Source: a virus (lineage: Duplodnaviria; Heunggongvirae; Uroviricota; Caudoviricetes). From it: DNA of 64,000 bases. Below are positions 10,537 to 20,515 of this stretch, in pieces; the stretch's first letter is position 1, and each line of letters begins with the position of its first letter. The DNA lies in the IMG/VR virus record IMGVR_UViG_649989924_000003. The stretch is one strand, 5' to 3'. A model generated the notes under the pieces. The model was not told where the DNA came from. It ran no database searches and saw nothing but the letters and a program-made list of their open reading frames with translations. Position numbers and translations under genes: made by a program.

Positions 10537-11580
10537 ATGGCAAATTTAAAATTAAGTGATGATACTTTTGGGATTTTACTTCCATTTGTGACAGATAGAC
10601 AGATTACAGATATTCGATGGGATGGAAATAATCTGTGGATAGATGATTTAGCAAAAGGAAGGTATTTATCAGAAGTTAAATTAGATGATTCTTTCATAAA
10701 GAAGTTTACACAAAGGGTGTCAGATTTAGCAAATACGAATTTTAACAACTCAAGCCCAGTTTTAGAAGGTGAGACAGACAATCTTCGTATTGCAGCTCTA
10801 CATGAGTCTGTGACAAACACAGGGACAACTATTACAATTCGTAAGACAGAGCCTGAGTGTCGGCTTGATGAAGAGAATATTATTTCAGAAGGATATTGTT
10901 CTTTACAAACCTTGGAAGTGTTAAAAGCACTTATAAAAGCAAGATGTTCATTGATTGTTACAGGTGATACAGGAGTAGGGAAAACAGAGTTGATAAAGTT
11001 TCTAATGAATTATATCTCGGATTCAATAACAACTTTAACAGTTGAAGATAACTATGAGTTACGTGCAAAAGCCTTAAGACCTGGCTTTGACTGTACAGAA
11101 ATCAAGGTCACAGACAGATTTACACCATCACAGGCTATTAAAGCAGCACTAAGGCAGGATACTAAATGGTTAATCTTGTCTGAAGCTCGTGGAACGGAGG
11201 CATCTGCCCTACTAGAGTCCGCATCAACAGGGTGTTCTATTGCAACATCTGTACATTCTTTTGATGTAAGAAATTTACCAGACCGATTTGAGGAAATGAT
11301 ATCTAATGCTCAAAACGATATCAAAAACAAAGTCTATTCTTATTTTGATGTAGGTATTCTCATTGTAAAAGAAGAAACACCTTCAGGAATAAAAAGATAT
11401 ATAAACCAATTATGTTTCTTTGATAGAAAGAACGGTAAAAATCAATGCAGTATGATTATTGATAATAGAGAATGGGTTGGAAACATTTTGCCTTATAAAC
11501 TTGAAAAGAAATTTAATTTATATAATGTTTCTATTCCTAATTGCCTCCAGAAGGAGTCGGCAGGTGAAGAAGATGTTTAA
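10537..11580 (+). CDS. cpaF: CpaF/TadA/VirB11-family pilus assembly ATPase
   Basis: Walker A GDTGVGKT, Asp box VEDNYEL, Walker B LILSEARG, His box TSVHS. Confidence 0.9.
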   Translation: MANLKLSDDTFGILLPFVTDRQITDIRWDGNNLWIDDLAKGRYLSEVKLDDSFIKKFTQRVSDLANTNFNNSSPVLEGETDNLRIAALHESVTNTGTTITIRKTEPECRLDEENIISEGYCSLQTLEVLKALIKARCSLIVTGDTGVGKTELIKFLMNYISDSITTLTVEDNYELRAKALRPGFDCTEIKVTDRFTPSQAIKAALRQDTKWLILSEARGTEASALLESASTGCSIATSVHSFDVRNLPDRFEEMISNAQNDIKNKVYSYFDVGILIVKEETPSGIKRYINQLCFFDRKNGKNQCSMIIDNREWVGNILPYKLEKKFNLYNVSIPNCLQKESAGEEDV

Positions 11581-13171
11581 TTATAAGAGCCCAGTTCAGA
11601 AAAAGAAAGTCACTAAAACAAAGACTGAATACTTAGGAAATAAGAAAAGGCAGAAGAAATTCACTATTCAGAGAGTCAAAAGGTATTTAAAACTTATAAG
11701 TTTTAAGAACTTAAACTATCGTATACAAAGTTTTGGATATGATTATTCTTTAGCAAAGTATATTACGTCAATAGTTCTTTTAATGAGTATTATTGTTATT
11801 TCAGGGAAAATATTTCATCTCAAGTATGAATATATAATTCCTTTAGCACTCTTTGCACTCATATTATTGCCTATCATTGTATTGTCTCAGATAAAATTCT
11901 TATACAATAATTTTCGCTTTGAGCAAATAACAACTTATCTGCAGGAAATGATAACAATCTTTAAAATGAATCCTAAGATACTTTATGCTTTAAAAGAGGT
12001 TCAGGACTTATTCGAGACTAAGCAGGGAATTAATCAGAAGATTGATGAAGCTATCTATCATATAGAGTATGGAAAAAGTGAAGACAATTCATTGGTTTAT
12101 GCTGAAGCTTTATCTATTTTGGAGGAAGCATATCCTTGTTCACGAATAAAGAGCCTTCATAGCTTATTACTATCAGTAGAAAATCAGAATTCTGTTGACT
12201 ATGAAGCTTCACTTAATGATTTATATGATGACATTCGATGCTGGATAGCAAGAACGTATGATTATCAAATTCAACTGAAGAATACCAAATTTCAATTTTC
12301 TCTCATTCTACTGCTAACTATCTTTGTATCTTCAGCTATGACAAATATCCTACCATCGAGTATGACAGGATTTATCAATTCATCTACATATCAGATAACT
12401 TCAACATTGCTACTAGGAATATTTTTAGCTATGTTTAGTTTTGTACAATCAAAATTAAATGGTCAGTGGCTTGTCAACGACATTGAGAAGGATGATAATC
12501 GGATTTTAAAGAGCATCCAATATATAGAAGCATTTGATAAAAAGAAAAACTTCAAGGACTCATGTATAAAAGCTGCTTTAGCAAGTATTCTTCCTTTTAT
12601 TGGTGTTATGCAGAAAAATTCAAATATGATATTTATTGGACTTCTGATAACAGTTTTCATGTATTTCTGGGGTGAATTGCAATACAAGAGTCATTTTAAA
12701 ATCGTAGAGAGAGAAATCAAAAAAACATTTCCCATCTGGCTTCGTGACATTACCATAAATATGCATAATCTCATTGTCACCAATGCAATACGTCAATCCT
12801 ATACAAATGCTCCCACAGTCTTAAAATACTATCTTACAGGATTTCTAGATGAAATAGAAAAAGACCCAATAACTATAAGGCCATACAATAACTTCCTCAA
12901 AAAATTCTATATAACGGATATTTCATCAGCAATGAAATCCCTATACTCCATTAAACAGCAGTCACCAGAAGATTCTTCTAGACAAATTTCAGATATTATT
13001 ATAAGGAATCAAGGGCTAATGGAAACATCTGAAAGAATTAAGAATGAAAATCAGATTGCTGGAATGAGTCTTATAGGAGGGGTTCCAATGATAGCCGGAT
13101 GTATTAAACTCACAATAGATATGGTTCTGATGCTAGGAAGCTTTATGAGTTCTATTCAAATGCCAGTTTAG
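11573..13171 (+). CDS. Fused TadB/TadC-like inner-membrane platform protein
   Basis: About 530 aa with two TM clusters separated by soluble helical regions; follows the ATPase; ATG 11573 chosen from its RBS. Confidence 0.7.
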   Translation: MFNYKSPVQKKKVTKTKTEYLGNKKRQKKFTIQRVKRYLKLISFKNLNYRIQSFGYDYSLAKYITSIVLLMSIIVISGKIFHLKYEYIIPLALFALILLPIIVLSQIKFLYNNFRFEQITTYLQEMITIFKMNPKILYALKEVQDLFETKQGINQKIDEAIYHIEYGKSEDNSLVYAEALSILEEAYPCSRIKSLHSLLLSVENQNSVDYEASLNDLYDDIRCWIARTYDYQIQLKNTKFQFSLILLLTIFVSSAMTNILPSSMTGFINSSTYQITSTLLLGIFLAMFSFVQSKLNGQWLVNDIEKDDNRILKSIQYIEAFDKKKNFKDSCIKAALASILPFIGVMQKNSNMIFIGLLITVFMYFWGELQYKSHFKIVEREIKKTFPIWLRDITINMHNLIVTNAIRQSYTNAPTVLKYYLTGFLDEIEKDPITIRPYNNFLKKFYITDISSAMKSLYSIKQQSPEDSSRQISDIIIRNQGLMETSERIKNENQIAGMSLIGGVPMIAGCIKLTIDMVLMLGSFMSSIQMPV

Positions 13172-13181
13172 AGGTGAGGTA

Positions 13182-13280
13182 ATGAAAATTATTATAGAAA
13201 CTTATTGTGGTGTTTTTATTCGTTTTGTTTTCCTATCAGCATTAATAGGAGCTTATTGGGAGATTTTAAGAATGTTCTAG
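13182..13280 (+). CDS. Small hydrophobic pilin-like protein (32 aa; not in the ORF track)
   Basis: RBS GAGGTGAGG; MKIIIETYCGVFIRFVFLSALIGAYWEILRMF. Confidence 0.55.
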   Translation: MKIIIETYCGVFIRFVFLSALIGAYWEILRMF

Positions 13281-13291
13281 GAGGTGGATGA

Positions 13292-13459
13292 ATGAGGATT
13301 ATTTTTGATGAAATGGTATCAGATTGTATAGAATGTTTTGGTGCTGTCTCAGTATTATTTATTATTTCTCTTTTCTTTGCTTTTACAGAGGGTATTTCTT
13401 CTACAGATAGTAATGTCTATAAAATGATATGGGAATTTTTAACAACATTGGTAGGTTAG
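13292..13459 (+). CDS. Small hydrophobic pilin-like protein (55 aa; not in the ORF track)
   Basis: RBS GGAGGTGG; MRIIFDEMVSDCIECFGAVSVLFIISLFFAF... Confidence 0.6.
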   Translation: MRIIFDEMVSDCIECFGAVSVLFIISLFFAFTEGISSTDSNVYKMIWEFLTTLVG

Positions 13460-13460
13460 A

Positions 13461-13859
13461 ATGAAAAAATTCTTTGAAGAGAATATAGGCGTTATCATAA
13501 CTATTTTTGTTATATCTCTTACATTAAGTGCCTTTTTTATTGATATATATCCATCAATTACAGAAGTTTCTGAAATAAACGCAGGTAATGTTGAGGCAGG
13601 AGACAACCAAGCTCTTCATGAAACAGCAAAGCCTGTGCTTGTTGCAAAAAGTGCCACATTAAATGTTGGAGATACATTTGATATGTTTAAATATGTGAAA
13701 GCATACGATGTTAATGGCAGGGATATTTCGTCTTTTATTACCATTATTGGGAAAAGGGTAGATACTACTAAGGCAGGAACGTATACAATTACCTATAAAT
13801 GTCTTTACAATAATGTGGCAGCTTATACACAAGCAACGTATATAGTAGAAGATATATAG
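13461..13859 (+). CDS. Minor pilin with a C-terminal DUF5011 Ig-like domain
   Basis: MKKFFEENIG-hydrophobic N-terminus; VDTTKAGTYTITY. Confidence 0.7.
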   Translation: MKKFFEENIGVIITIFVISLTLSAFFIDIYPSITEVSEINAGNVEAGDNQALHETAKPVLVAKSATLNVGDTFDMFKYVKAYDVNGRDISSFITIIGKRVDTTKAGTYTITYKCLYNNVAAYTQATYIVEDI

Positions 13860-13874
13860 TGCAAAGGAGGGATA

Positions 13875-14213
13875 ATGAAGCAAGTATTTGAAGATATGAT
13901 ATTGATTATATTACTTACTATGATAGCTGTTGTTGGAAGCTGTATGATTTCAGCTAATTTAGAAATTACACAGGCTCGTGAATTTCATGCAAATGCAATA
14001 GAAAGAATTCAAGCTTCTCATTTTGATGAGTCAGTTATTAATGAACTTATTGAATCAGCACCAAATCAGCATCCAGAATGGATATTAGAGGTCAAAACTG
14101 TATCTGTCTATGATGATAGAAAGGATATGAAAGTAGTTTTAAAGTATAAGATAACTCCACTGCCTTTAATAGAAGATAGAGATTATAGAACTATCACTGG
14201 TTTTGCTAGATAA
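13875..14213 (+). CDS. TadE-like minor pilin
   Basis: MKQVFED-hydrophobic N-terminus; Tad context. Confidence 0.55.
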   Translation: MKQVFEDMILIILLTMIAVVGSCMISANLEITQAREFHANAIERIQASHFDESVINELIESAPNQHPEWILEVKTVSVYDDRKDMKVVLKYKITPLPLIEDRDYRTITGFAR

Positions 14214-14335
14214 GGTAAAAAAGTGATATAATTACATATGAAAAGTTATATATAAATATAGTTGTGCATCTATCAAAATGCAAAAGGTTTATCAAATGAC
14301 AATATAAGAATGGAATACAAACTTATGAGGATTTA

Positions 14336-14509
14336 ATGAAACAGTTTTTTGAAGAGAATATTGGAATTATTTTGGTTATTGCATGTGCTGCAATACTATT
14401 TGTGTTCTTAGGCAATCAGGATTCAGGTATTGTCAAAACAGTTTTAGATACTATTAAAGAATGGATAGGCAATTTTAGTAACTTTATTCCATCATTACCT
14501 GGAGCATAG
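14336..14509 (+). CDS. Flp-type major pilin candidate (57 aa; not in the ORF track)
   Basis: MKQFFEENIG-IILVIACAAILFVFLG followed by an amphipathic helix; N-terminus nearly identical to 13461; followed by a terminator. Confidence 0.7.
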   Translation: MKQFFEENIGIILVIACAAILFVFLGNQDSGIVKTVLDTIKEWIGNFSNFIPSLPGA

Positions 14510-14598
14510 CAAATAAAAGTGAGGCAATAAGCCTCTTTTTATTTGGTTTTACAATTGGCAAGGTACTAAAGAAATTTGTGGTATAATTAAAAAAAGAG

Positions 14599-15210
14599 AT
14601 GTTAATGATTACACATTTTTCACATAACGCATATTATACGAAGTTATATATGTTATGTCTATGCTATAGGGTACTTACTATCCTAGGAGGTATTTTAGTG
14701 AGTTTTGATTTATGTAATCCAATGGTTTTATCTAATGCTATCATATTCCATAATTCTATTGAGAATCAGATAAATACCTATTATAACAATGATTGCTACA
14801 ATTCACCTGCTTTCTATTATTATGAGAATGATGAAATTATACGAAAAAAGAGTGCAGTTTTAGAGTATCAAAGGCCAATTCCAATAAAAGACACTCTCAA
14901 TACTCCCTTAACAATTGAAAATATCCTAACAGGAAAAGAATATGTTAAAATTGTCATGGGGTTAATGGAATCTGATAAAACGCTAATTGTGTCAGTCTTG
15001 TTAAAAAATCCCTCACAATCTGAGATTGCTAAAATCAATCTATTTATTGATGAACAAATTCAAGATGTGAAAATAACAAATTCTGATATTCATAAAGTGA
15101 TTACAATATTTTCTGGACACTATTCTTCACAGATTGAACAGATTATATTAAGATGCAAAAAGAATTGTATGAAGCATGAAAATAAGATAGTTATCCAGGA
15201 ATGGACTTAA
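14599..15210 (+). CDS. Hypothetical protein (start probably GTG 14698)
   Basis: ORF; AGGAGG precedes the GTG. Confidence 0.5.
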   Translation: MLMITHFSHNAYYTKLYMLCLCYRVLTILGGILVSFDLCNPMVLSNAIIFHNSIENQINTYYNNDCYNSPAFYYYENDEIIRKKSAVLEYQRPIPIKDTLNTPLTIENILTGKEYVKIVMGLMESDKTLIVSVLLKNPSQSEIAKINLFIDEQIQDVKITNSDIHKVITIFSGHYSSQIEQIILRCKKNCMKHENKIVIQEWT

Positions 15211-15256
15211 TCTATATAATCTATAAATTGAAAAGACTGCTATGAGCAGTCTTTTT

Positions 15257-15490
15257 CTATAGGAATGGATATATAATATTATCGATTTTCTGCAAAAATA
15301 GGCAATCAATCTTTTGTGAAGATATAAGAAGATTATAAATAGTTTCAGCCAAGATATCATCTCCATATTTGATACGAATAATATGTCTTACGCCTTTGGG
15401 TGTCTTTGTTTTTGGAAATATGTTTTGAAAGAGAGAAAGGGAATTTGAATAGCTGTATTCCCCATTGTGAATAAGTGTTTCAATGCTCAT
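15257..15490 (-). CDS. Hypothetical protein
   Basis: ORF; the frame stays open upstream towards a GGAGGG RBS. Confidence 0.4.
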   Translation of the reverse strand: MSIETLIHNGEYSYSNSLSLFQNIFPKTKTPKGVRHIIRIKYGDDILAETIYNLLISSQKIDCLFLQKIDNIIYPFL

Positions 15491-15756
15491 AAAAAATTGA
15501 GAGAGTGTTGGTGGGTTTTGTAAAGAATTAAGAAACTGTTCATGGCTTTGATAGATGCAATTGGTTGTATTTATGATAAAAATCCCTCCTTGTTTTAATA
15601 TATAAATATGAGAAAAAGCATTTGAGAGGTAAAAAAAGAGGTAAATCCATGAAGAAGTTCACCTGCTTTTTTATCTTTTCTTTATATATTAAGTATATCA
15701 TATTTCATATTTAAACTCATTACTCTTGTGATATAAATAGTTTCAAATTTTGGAAA

Positions 15757-17412
15757 CTACATAGTAAATCTCAAGAGTATAAACTTTATCAAAAATGTGA
15801 GAATCAATGACACAGCGATATGTGGAATAAATCCTCCAAAAAGAAAATATTCTCTCTTAACCTCATAACATTCACCTTTATCTCTGCCCTCTTTCCATGA
15901 TAAGAGATTGTGATATTCATATAGACCAGCACTAATAAAGACAAGCATAAGAAACATCCATAGAGTTGGAGTTGTATAGGATTCAGCAAAATATGGGTTT
16001 ATAATATTTCCTATTAAAATTCTTAAGAGACACGCAACAGAACCCAATGAGAAAATAAAAGTTGTTATTTTTCTATATCTGATTTGTGAAGAATAGTAAT
16101 CTGCTTTTTTTATCTCCCAGAGCATGTCCGTTATTCTCGAAAGAATATACAAATGGTCATAATATATCTCTTGGTAGACCGAATATATACTTTTAAGTTC
16201 CTGTGTATAAAATGGCAAAGAAATCTTTTCTGGCGATATCTCAAATTTAACAATTTCATTTGCAATATCTTGTAGTTGCTGAGGTTCTATTGATTTTATT
16301 TTACTTTCCAATGCTGCATAAATATCCCCACCCCTAATAATATTATGATTTGTATCGTTTTGGACGCAAACCTCATCATTAGCAATCAGAATAAGTGGAT
16401 AAATCTGAAAATTATCTGAAAGTGAGTGAAATGCATTTCTTAATATTTGCTTGATAGCAATACAATTCAGAGCACAATCTTCAATAATAGATGTTTCTAT
16501 GGCCAAGTCTGATTCTTGAGGATTATTCTTATCATTATCAAGTAAAATCCACTTTCCGTCGCTTGTAATATGTAAGGTTTGTCCCTTTTTTCCATAATTC
16601 ATAAGACTGCAAACAAAAATGCCATTTTTAGTTAAGATGAGTCTATCAATGATAAAATCACTTCGATTGAAATAACTTCCCTTAAAACGCTGATTTTTAA
16701 TAATGAGGTACTCGTTCTCCAGCTTGTTTAACTTGGAATCCGCATAATTTTGAGAATCAATATATCTCTTGACTTCAATATAATTGCGATATGCATGACT
16801 AGCCATTTCAAAATAATCATTTTGGAGTTTCCCTTCTAAGCAATCCTCCAATAATCTATCATAGGATTTATCCTCTTCATCTCCCCCACCTCTGATATAT
16901 CCAGCAGCCATAAGAACTTCTATATCTATCATGCGAGTTATATTTGCTCTAAGAAAGTTCTCATTTACCTTAAAGATTCTTTGAGGATACTCATAGATAT
17001 TTGTAAAGTTTGTGTATGAGTTCAAATCATATGGTGAATCAGGAGTATCGTTAAAGACCAAAGTATATTCATCAATAGGATATTCCATTTCATCTATAAA
17101 TTTGGGAGTTGAAAAAGAATGAGAAGAATTGGATATTCTTATACCAAAATAGATATCCTTGAACCAGTAAAAAACAGATTTAAATAACTGACACTGCTCA
17201 TCCAATTCTTTTAACAGTGAAATATCAACAAACCGCTCTTTTATCTGTGGTTCGAAATGAATACCTCTTAATTCACAGCGATTAACCAAAGTCTTATATC
17301 TCTCCTCTAAATCCGCATTAGAAAAAACTCCAAAAATATTCTGAGATTCCTCATAATTGAGAATACATAGTCTTTTTGGAGTTGAGTTTATCCTTATATT
17401 CTTTTTCTGCAT
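15757..17412 (-). CDS. NERD (nuclease-related domain)-like protein with C-terminal TM helices
   Basis: IIDRLILTKNGIFVCSLMNYG resembles the NERD core; three C-terminal hydrophobic segments. Confidence 0.6.
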   Translation of the reverse strand: MQKKNIRINSTPKRLCILNYEESQNIFGVFSNADLEERYKTLVNRCELRGIHFEPQIKERFVDISLLKELDEQCQLFKSVFYWFKDIYFGIRISNSSHSFSTPKFIDEMEYPIDEYTLVFNDTPDSPYDLNSYTNFTNIYEYPQRIFKVNENFLRANITRMIDIEVLMAAGYIRGGGDEEDKSYDRLLEDCLEGKLQNDYFEMASHAYRNYIEVKRYIDSQNYADSKLNKLENEYLIIKNQRFKGSYFNRSDFIIDRLILTKNGIFVCSLMNYGKKGQTLHITSDGKWILLDNDKNNPQESDLAIETSIIEDCALNCIAIKQILRNAFHSLSDNFQIYPLILIANDEVCVQNDTNHNIIRGGDIYAALESKIKSIEPQQLQDIANEIVKFEISPEKISLPFYTQELKSIYSVYQEIYYDHLYILSRITDMLWEIKKADYYSSQIRYRKITTFIFSLGSVACLLRILIGNIINPYFAESYTTPTLWMFLMLVFISAGLYEYHNLLSWKEGRDKGECYEVKREYFLFGGFIPHIAVSLILTFLIKFILLRFTM

Positions 17413-17451
17413 TATTACCTCCTCCTATGAAAAGATAATAAATTATGATAA

Positions 17452-17775
17452 TTACCCTTGAATTCTTTTTCGTTTGTATTCAATAAGGTGCATAACTTCC
17501 TTTATGTCTTCATTAGGAAGCTCTGTCAACAAACGAGCAATATTTGCAATATTGTAATAATCATATTTCTTGCCATTGATAATTTCTTCAATATTTCTTC
17601 CATATAATTGTGAAAGCAAACTCAGTTCACTTACTGTGATTTCTCTTTTTCCATTTTCAAAATCTGAAACTGCAGAGTGCGGAATGTGAAGTATATTTGC
17701 GACTTCTTTTTGTGTGAGATGTTTGAAGTTTCGATACTCTTTTAATCGTCTTGATATATCTGTATCAATTGGCAT
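17452..17775 (-). CDS. XRE-family HTH regulator
   Basis: LTQKEVANILHIPHSAVSDFENGKRE. Confidence 0.9.
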   Translation of the reverse strand: MPIDTDISRRLKEYRNFKHLTQKEVANILHIPHSAVSDFENGKREITVSELSLLSQLYGRNIEEIINGKKYDYYNIANIARLLTELPNEDIKEVMHLIEYKRKRIQG

Positions 17776-17921
17776 AATATCATCCTTTCTATTTTATAAA
17801 TGTAGTCATTGTCAGTTAAGACACAGTGATATTATATCATATTATTTAGCAATATAACATAATAAATTAAGTATTTTACTAAATTAAGATGTTTTTATTT
17901 AGAATTATGGTATAATGAATT

Positions 17922-18287
17922 ATGCAAAATATGCGGAGGGATAGATTGTCAAATCAACTGAGATTAATTCATACAAAAATGATTGAAGATAGTCATATAT
18001 GTCTTATGTTGTCATTATACTTACATAAATTTAGTAATGGTCAAGTTGCTTTTAGTTTTTATTCGGAATATTTAGGGTTTGGTATCCAGGACTTTAATGA
18101 ATATGAAAACATTGAAAATGCTGAGCCTAAATCACTAAATATCTTATCAGGAAAGAAGCATATATTTACATTAAGTGACGAAGACATAGAAGACAGAAAA
18201 AAGGAACTGATACAGAAGATGGATAAAATGACATTCAAGGAGACTTTTGATATCATTGTCAATTATCAGAATCAAATATTTGTTTAG
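17922..18287 (+). CDS. Hypothetical protein
   Basis: ORF with an upstream TGGTATAAT promoter and a downstream terminator. Confidence 0.55.
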   Translation: MQNMRRDRLSNQLRLIHTKMIEDSHICLMLSLYLHKFSNGQVAFSFYSEYLGFGIQDFNEYENIENAEPKSLNILSGKKHIFTLSDEDIEDRKKELIQKMDKMTFKETFDIIVNYQNQIFV

Positions 18288-18362
18288 AGCAATAAAAGAG
18301 ACCTTAAGTCTCTTTTTTCGTATATATTCTTTGGGAATGCTCCATATAATTATGAAAATGCA

Positions 18363-18635
18363 TTAATTTAAATATCCATCTTTTCTTAACAGTTCTTCCT
18401 TAATTGAGTAATAGTCTTCAATAGTTGGTAAAAGCAGCTTTATTCTTCTGGCTTTTAGCTTTTTTACATAAATGTATTTTTCTCTTTCCCAGCTAGGGGT
18501 AGCAACCCATTCTCTTAAGGACATAAGCATTTCTTTATCAGTTGAGCATATATTTACAACTATGAATTCTTTTTTTTGGAATAATTGATTGAGTTTCAAG
18601 ATTTTCCTCCTCCCCATTTCATTAAGAGATAACAA
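18363..18635 (-). CDS. Hypothetical protein (likely TTG start near 18600)
   Basis: GGAGGAGG RBS before TTG-AAA-CTC. Confidence 0.5.
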   Translation of the reverse strand: MLSLNEMGRRKILKLNQLFQKKEFIVVNICSTDKEMLMSLREWVATPSWEREKYIYVKKLKARRIKLLLPTIEDYYSIKEELLRKDGYLN

Positions 18636-18698
18636 AAGGGCTACATCCTCATAAAGATAGCCCTGCCTCGTATATAATTACATATCTATTTTATCATA
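18631..18698 (-). promoter_or_regulatory. Promoter-ACGA-terminator leader, copy 1
   Basis: TGATAAAAT-16 nt-ACGAG-GGGCTATC/GTAGCCC-TTTTG. Confidence 0.75.
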
Positions 18699-18757
18699 TA
18701 TTTATATATATGTGCTTATCATTGACGAAAAAAAGACTGAAACAAATTTTCAGTCTT

Positions 18758-19345
18758 CTATAAATTAAAATTCACTGTAAATTTATGCCCTTTTTGAACA
18801 CCAAATCCTGTCACAATTTCTCCACTTGCTATAACACTATATGTTCTGTTTGAGTTCTTAAATGAACCTGTATAACTTCTCATAAGAAAGAAGACACTGG
18901 AATTTAATCGCTGCACAGTAGCAGATGGCTTGTAGCTTGTATCAAAGGTTCTTCCGTTGTATTTATATGAAAGTGTCATTCTATTTTTATTTTCATAGAA
19001 ATTAACAGATTTTGTTCCAAAAGTTGACCTTGCATTTGTGTTGATTTGTACTTCGGCATTGTCATTATAAGAAATAGCTTTAATAAATTCACTCTTAAAG
19101 ATTTCAACATCAGTATCTAAGATATTTTGAATATATTCATCATATGTTTTTTTATATATAGACTGGTAATTCTCAGTCTTATACTGTTCTTCCGTTAAAA
19201 TCATAAAATGAGTATGATATTCTTTATTGATTTCTGCTAAAGCATTTTCATAGTTGCTCAAGTTTGGAGTCTCCAAAGCTTTTACATTAAATGTAAATAA
19301 GCAAACAATCAAAAAACTAGTCAGCAATACGCAAATCTTTTTCAT
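18758..19345 (-). CDS. Secreted hypothetical protein
   Basis: Signal peptide ending VKA. Confidence 0.6.
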   Translation of the reverse strand: MKKICVLLTSFLIVCLFTFNVKALETPNLSNYENALAEINKEYHTHFMILTEEQYKTENYQSIYKKTYDEYIQNILDTDVEIFKSEFIKAISYNDNAEVQINTNARSTFGTKSVNFYENKNRMTLSYKYNGRTFDTSYKPSATVQRLNSSVFFLMRSYTGSFKNSNRTYSVIASGEIVTGFGVQKGHKFTVNFNL

Positions 19346-19718
19346 AATTCTTTTCTCCCTTTTCCTGCATTTCTGTAATCTGTTGCTTGTTATATTCCTT
19401 AAGTATCAAATTAATAAAATTTTTATACTCTTGCAACCCTAAATCTGTGATTTCATAGAAAGTTCTAGGAATTATTTTACTACCACTTAAAATCCTAGCT
19501 GCATCTCTATTTTCTTTACTAACATGAAATTTCACATCAATAATGTATCCTTCTTCTTTTAATTTCTTTGTATTATGACTCATAGTCCCATCAGAACACT
19601 GACAGACCTTCTTAAGATTAGCATAACTCATTGGTGAGACCGATAAACTAGCTAGCATTTGAATACGTATAGCAGAGTTAAAAACATCAGGGACACTTGC
19701 AATATTTTTTTCAACCAT
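19317..19718 (-). CDS. Winged-helix transcriptional regulator (ArsR/HTH_34-like)
   Basis: AIRIQMLASL...SDGTMSHNTKKLKEEGYI...RTFYEITDLG. Confidence 0.75.
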   Translation of the reverse strand: MVEKNIASVPDVFNSAIRIQMLASLSVSPMSYANLKKVCQCSDGTMSHNTKKLKEEGYIIDVKFHVSKENRDAARILSGSKIIPRTFYEITDLGLQEYKNFINLILKEYNKQQITEMQEKGEKNYEKDLRIAD

Positions 19719-20401
19719 TATATCTCCACCTTTCTATGTTTCATTGATAAAATAATAGTAAATAAAGAAACAATTATAATAATCCCATTATCTCTTAGTA
19801 CTACTAACATATCATTTAAAGATAATAATGTACCTGATAATTCAGAACTGTTCATTATTATGCTAAAAACATATGTCATAAGTGCAACAAAAATAATATT
19901 CATCCCTATACTTATAAAAGCAGTCTTATCCTTAAGATAATTAAATAGAAAAATAAGTGCAATCATATTTATAACAATATCAAATGGGAAAGTATTGTAT
20001 AGCTGTAAAAGAACAGTAAAATTCATATAATATGATAGAGGAAACAGCATTCTTAATAATGAGAAAAGAACTATAAAAATAGAAAATACTTTTAAGAAAT
20101 CCTTTTCCTTCATTGTCATACTTGTTCTTAGTAAGCATATATAATAAATTGCAATAACAACTGTGAATAAAGCCAATGTTATCAGTCGAGTTATTTCAAA
20201 TCCATCAAAACCATCTGTTATGTAAAGTGACATAAAATACTGAGTTGAAAAATAAATAATAAGACTTGCTATAATATAACTTATTAGCCATACCCCCAGA
20301 ACTCTTTTTACCCCTCTTACAGGAACTTCACCATCTAAAACATATCTTGTATCTATTTTGGCCTGCTGTATTTTATTTATGATATCCTCAGGGTTTTTCA
20401 T
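19718..20401 (-). CDS. Multi-pass membrane protein
   Basis: About six hydrophobic segments; coupled to the wHTH gene. Confidence 0.65.
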   Translation of the reverse strand: MKNPEDIINKIQQAKIDTRYVLDGEVPVRGVKRVLGVWLISYIIASLIIYFSTQYFMSLYITDGFDGFEITRLITLALFTVVIAIYYICLLRTSMTMKEKDFLKVFSIFIVLFSLLRMLFPLSYYMNFTVLLQLYNTFPFDIVINMIALIFLFNYLKDKTAFISIGMNIIFVALMTYVFSIIMNSSELSGTLLSLNDMLVVLRDNGIIIIVSLFTIILSMKHRKVEI

Positions 20402-20420
20402 CCAATATCACGCCCCCTTT

Positions 20421-20437
20421 ACTCTTATTATAAGAGT
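20421..20437. promoter_or_regulatory. Palindromic operator-like site, copy 2; overlaps a minus-strand TATAAT
   Basis: ACTCTT ATTAT AAGAGT. Confidence 0.55.
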
Positions 20438-20515
20438 TTATTACAAAATAATCAATTGAAAATTATCTTTCGACAAAAAATACTTAAGCATCCACCAAAA
20501 AAAAGTTAAATAAAA

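Noticed and set aside
14220-14335. Riboswitch (for example c-di-GMP) upstream of the Flp pilin
   Set aside because: AT-rich, with no recognisable conserved aptamer motifs or stable stems.
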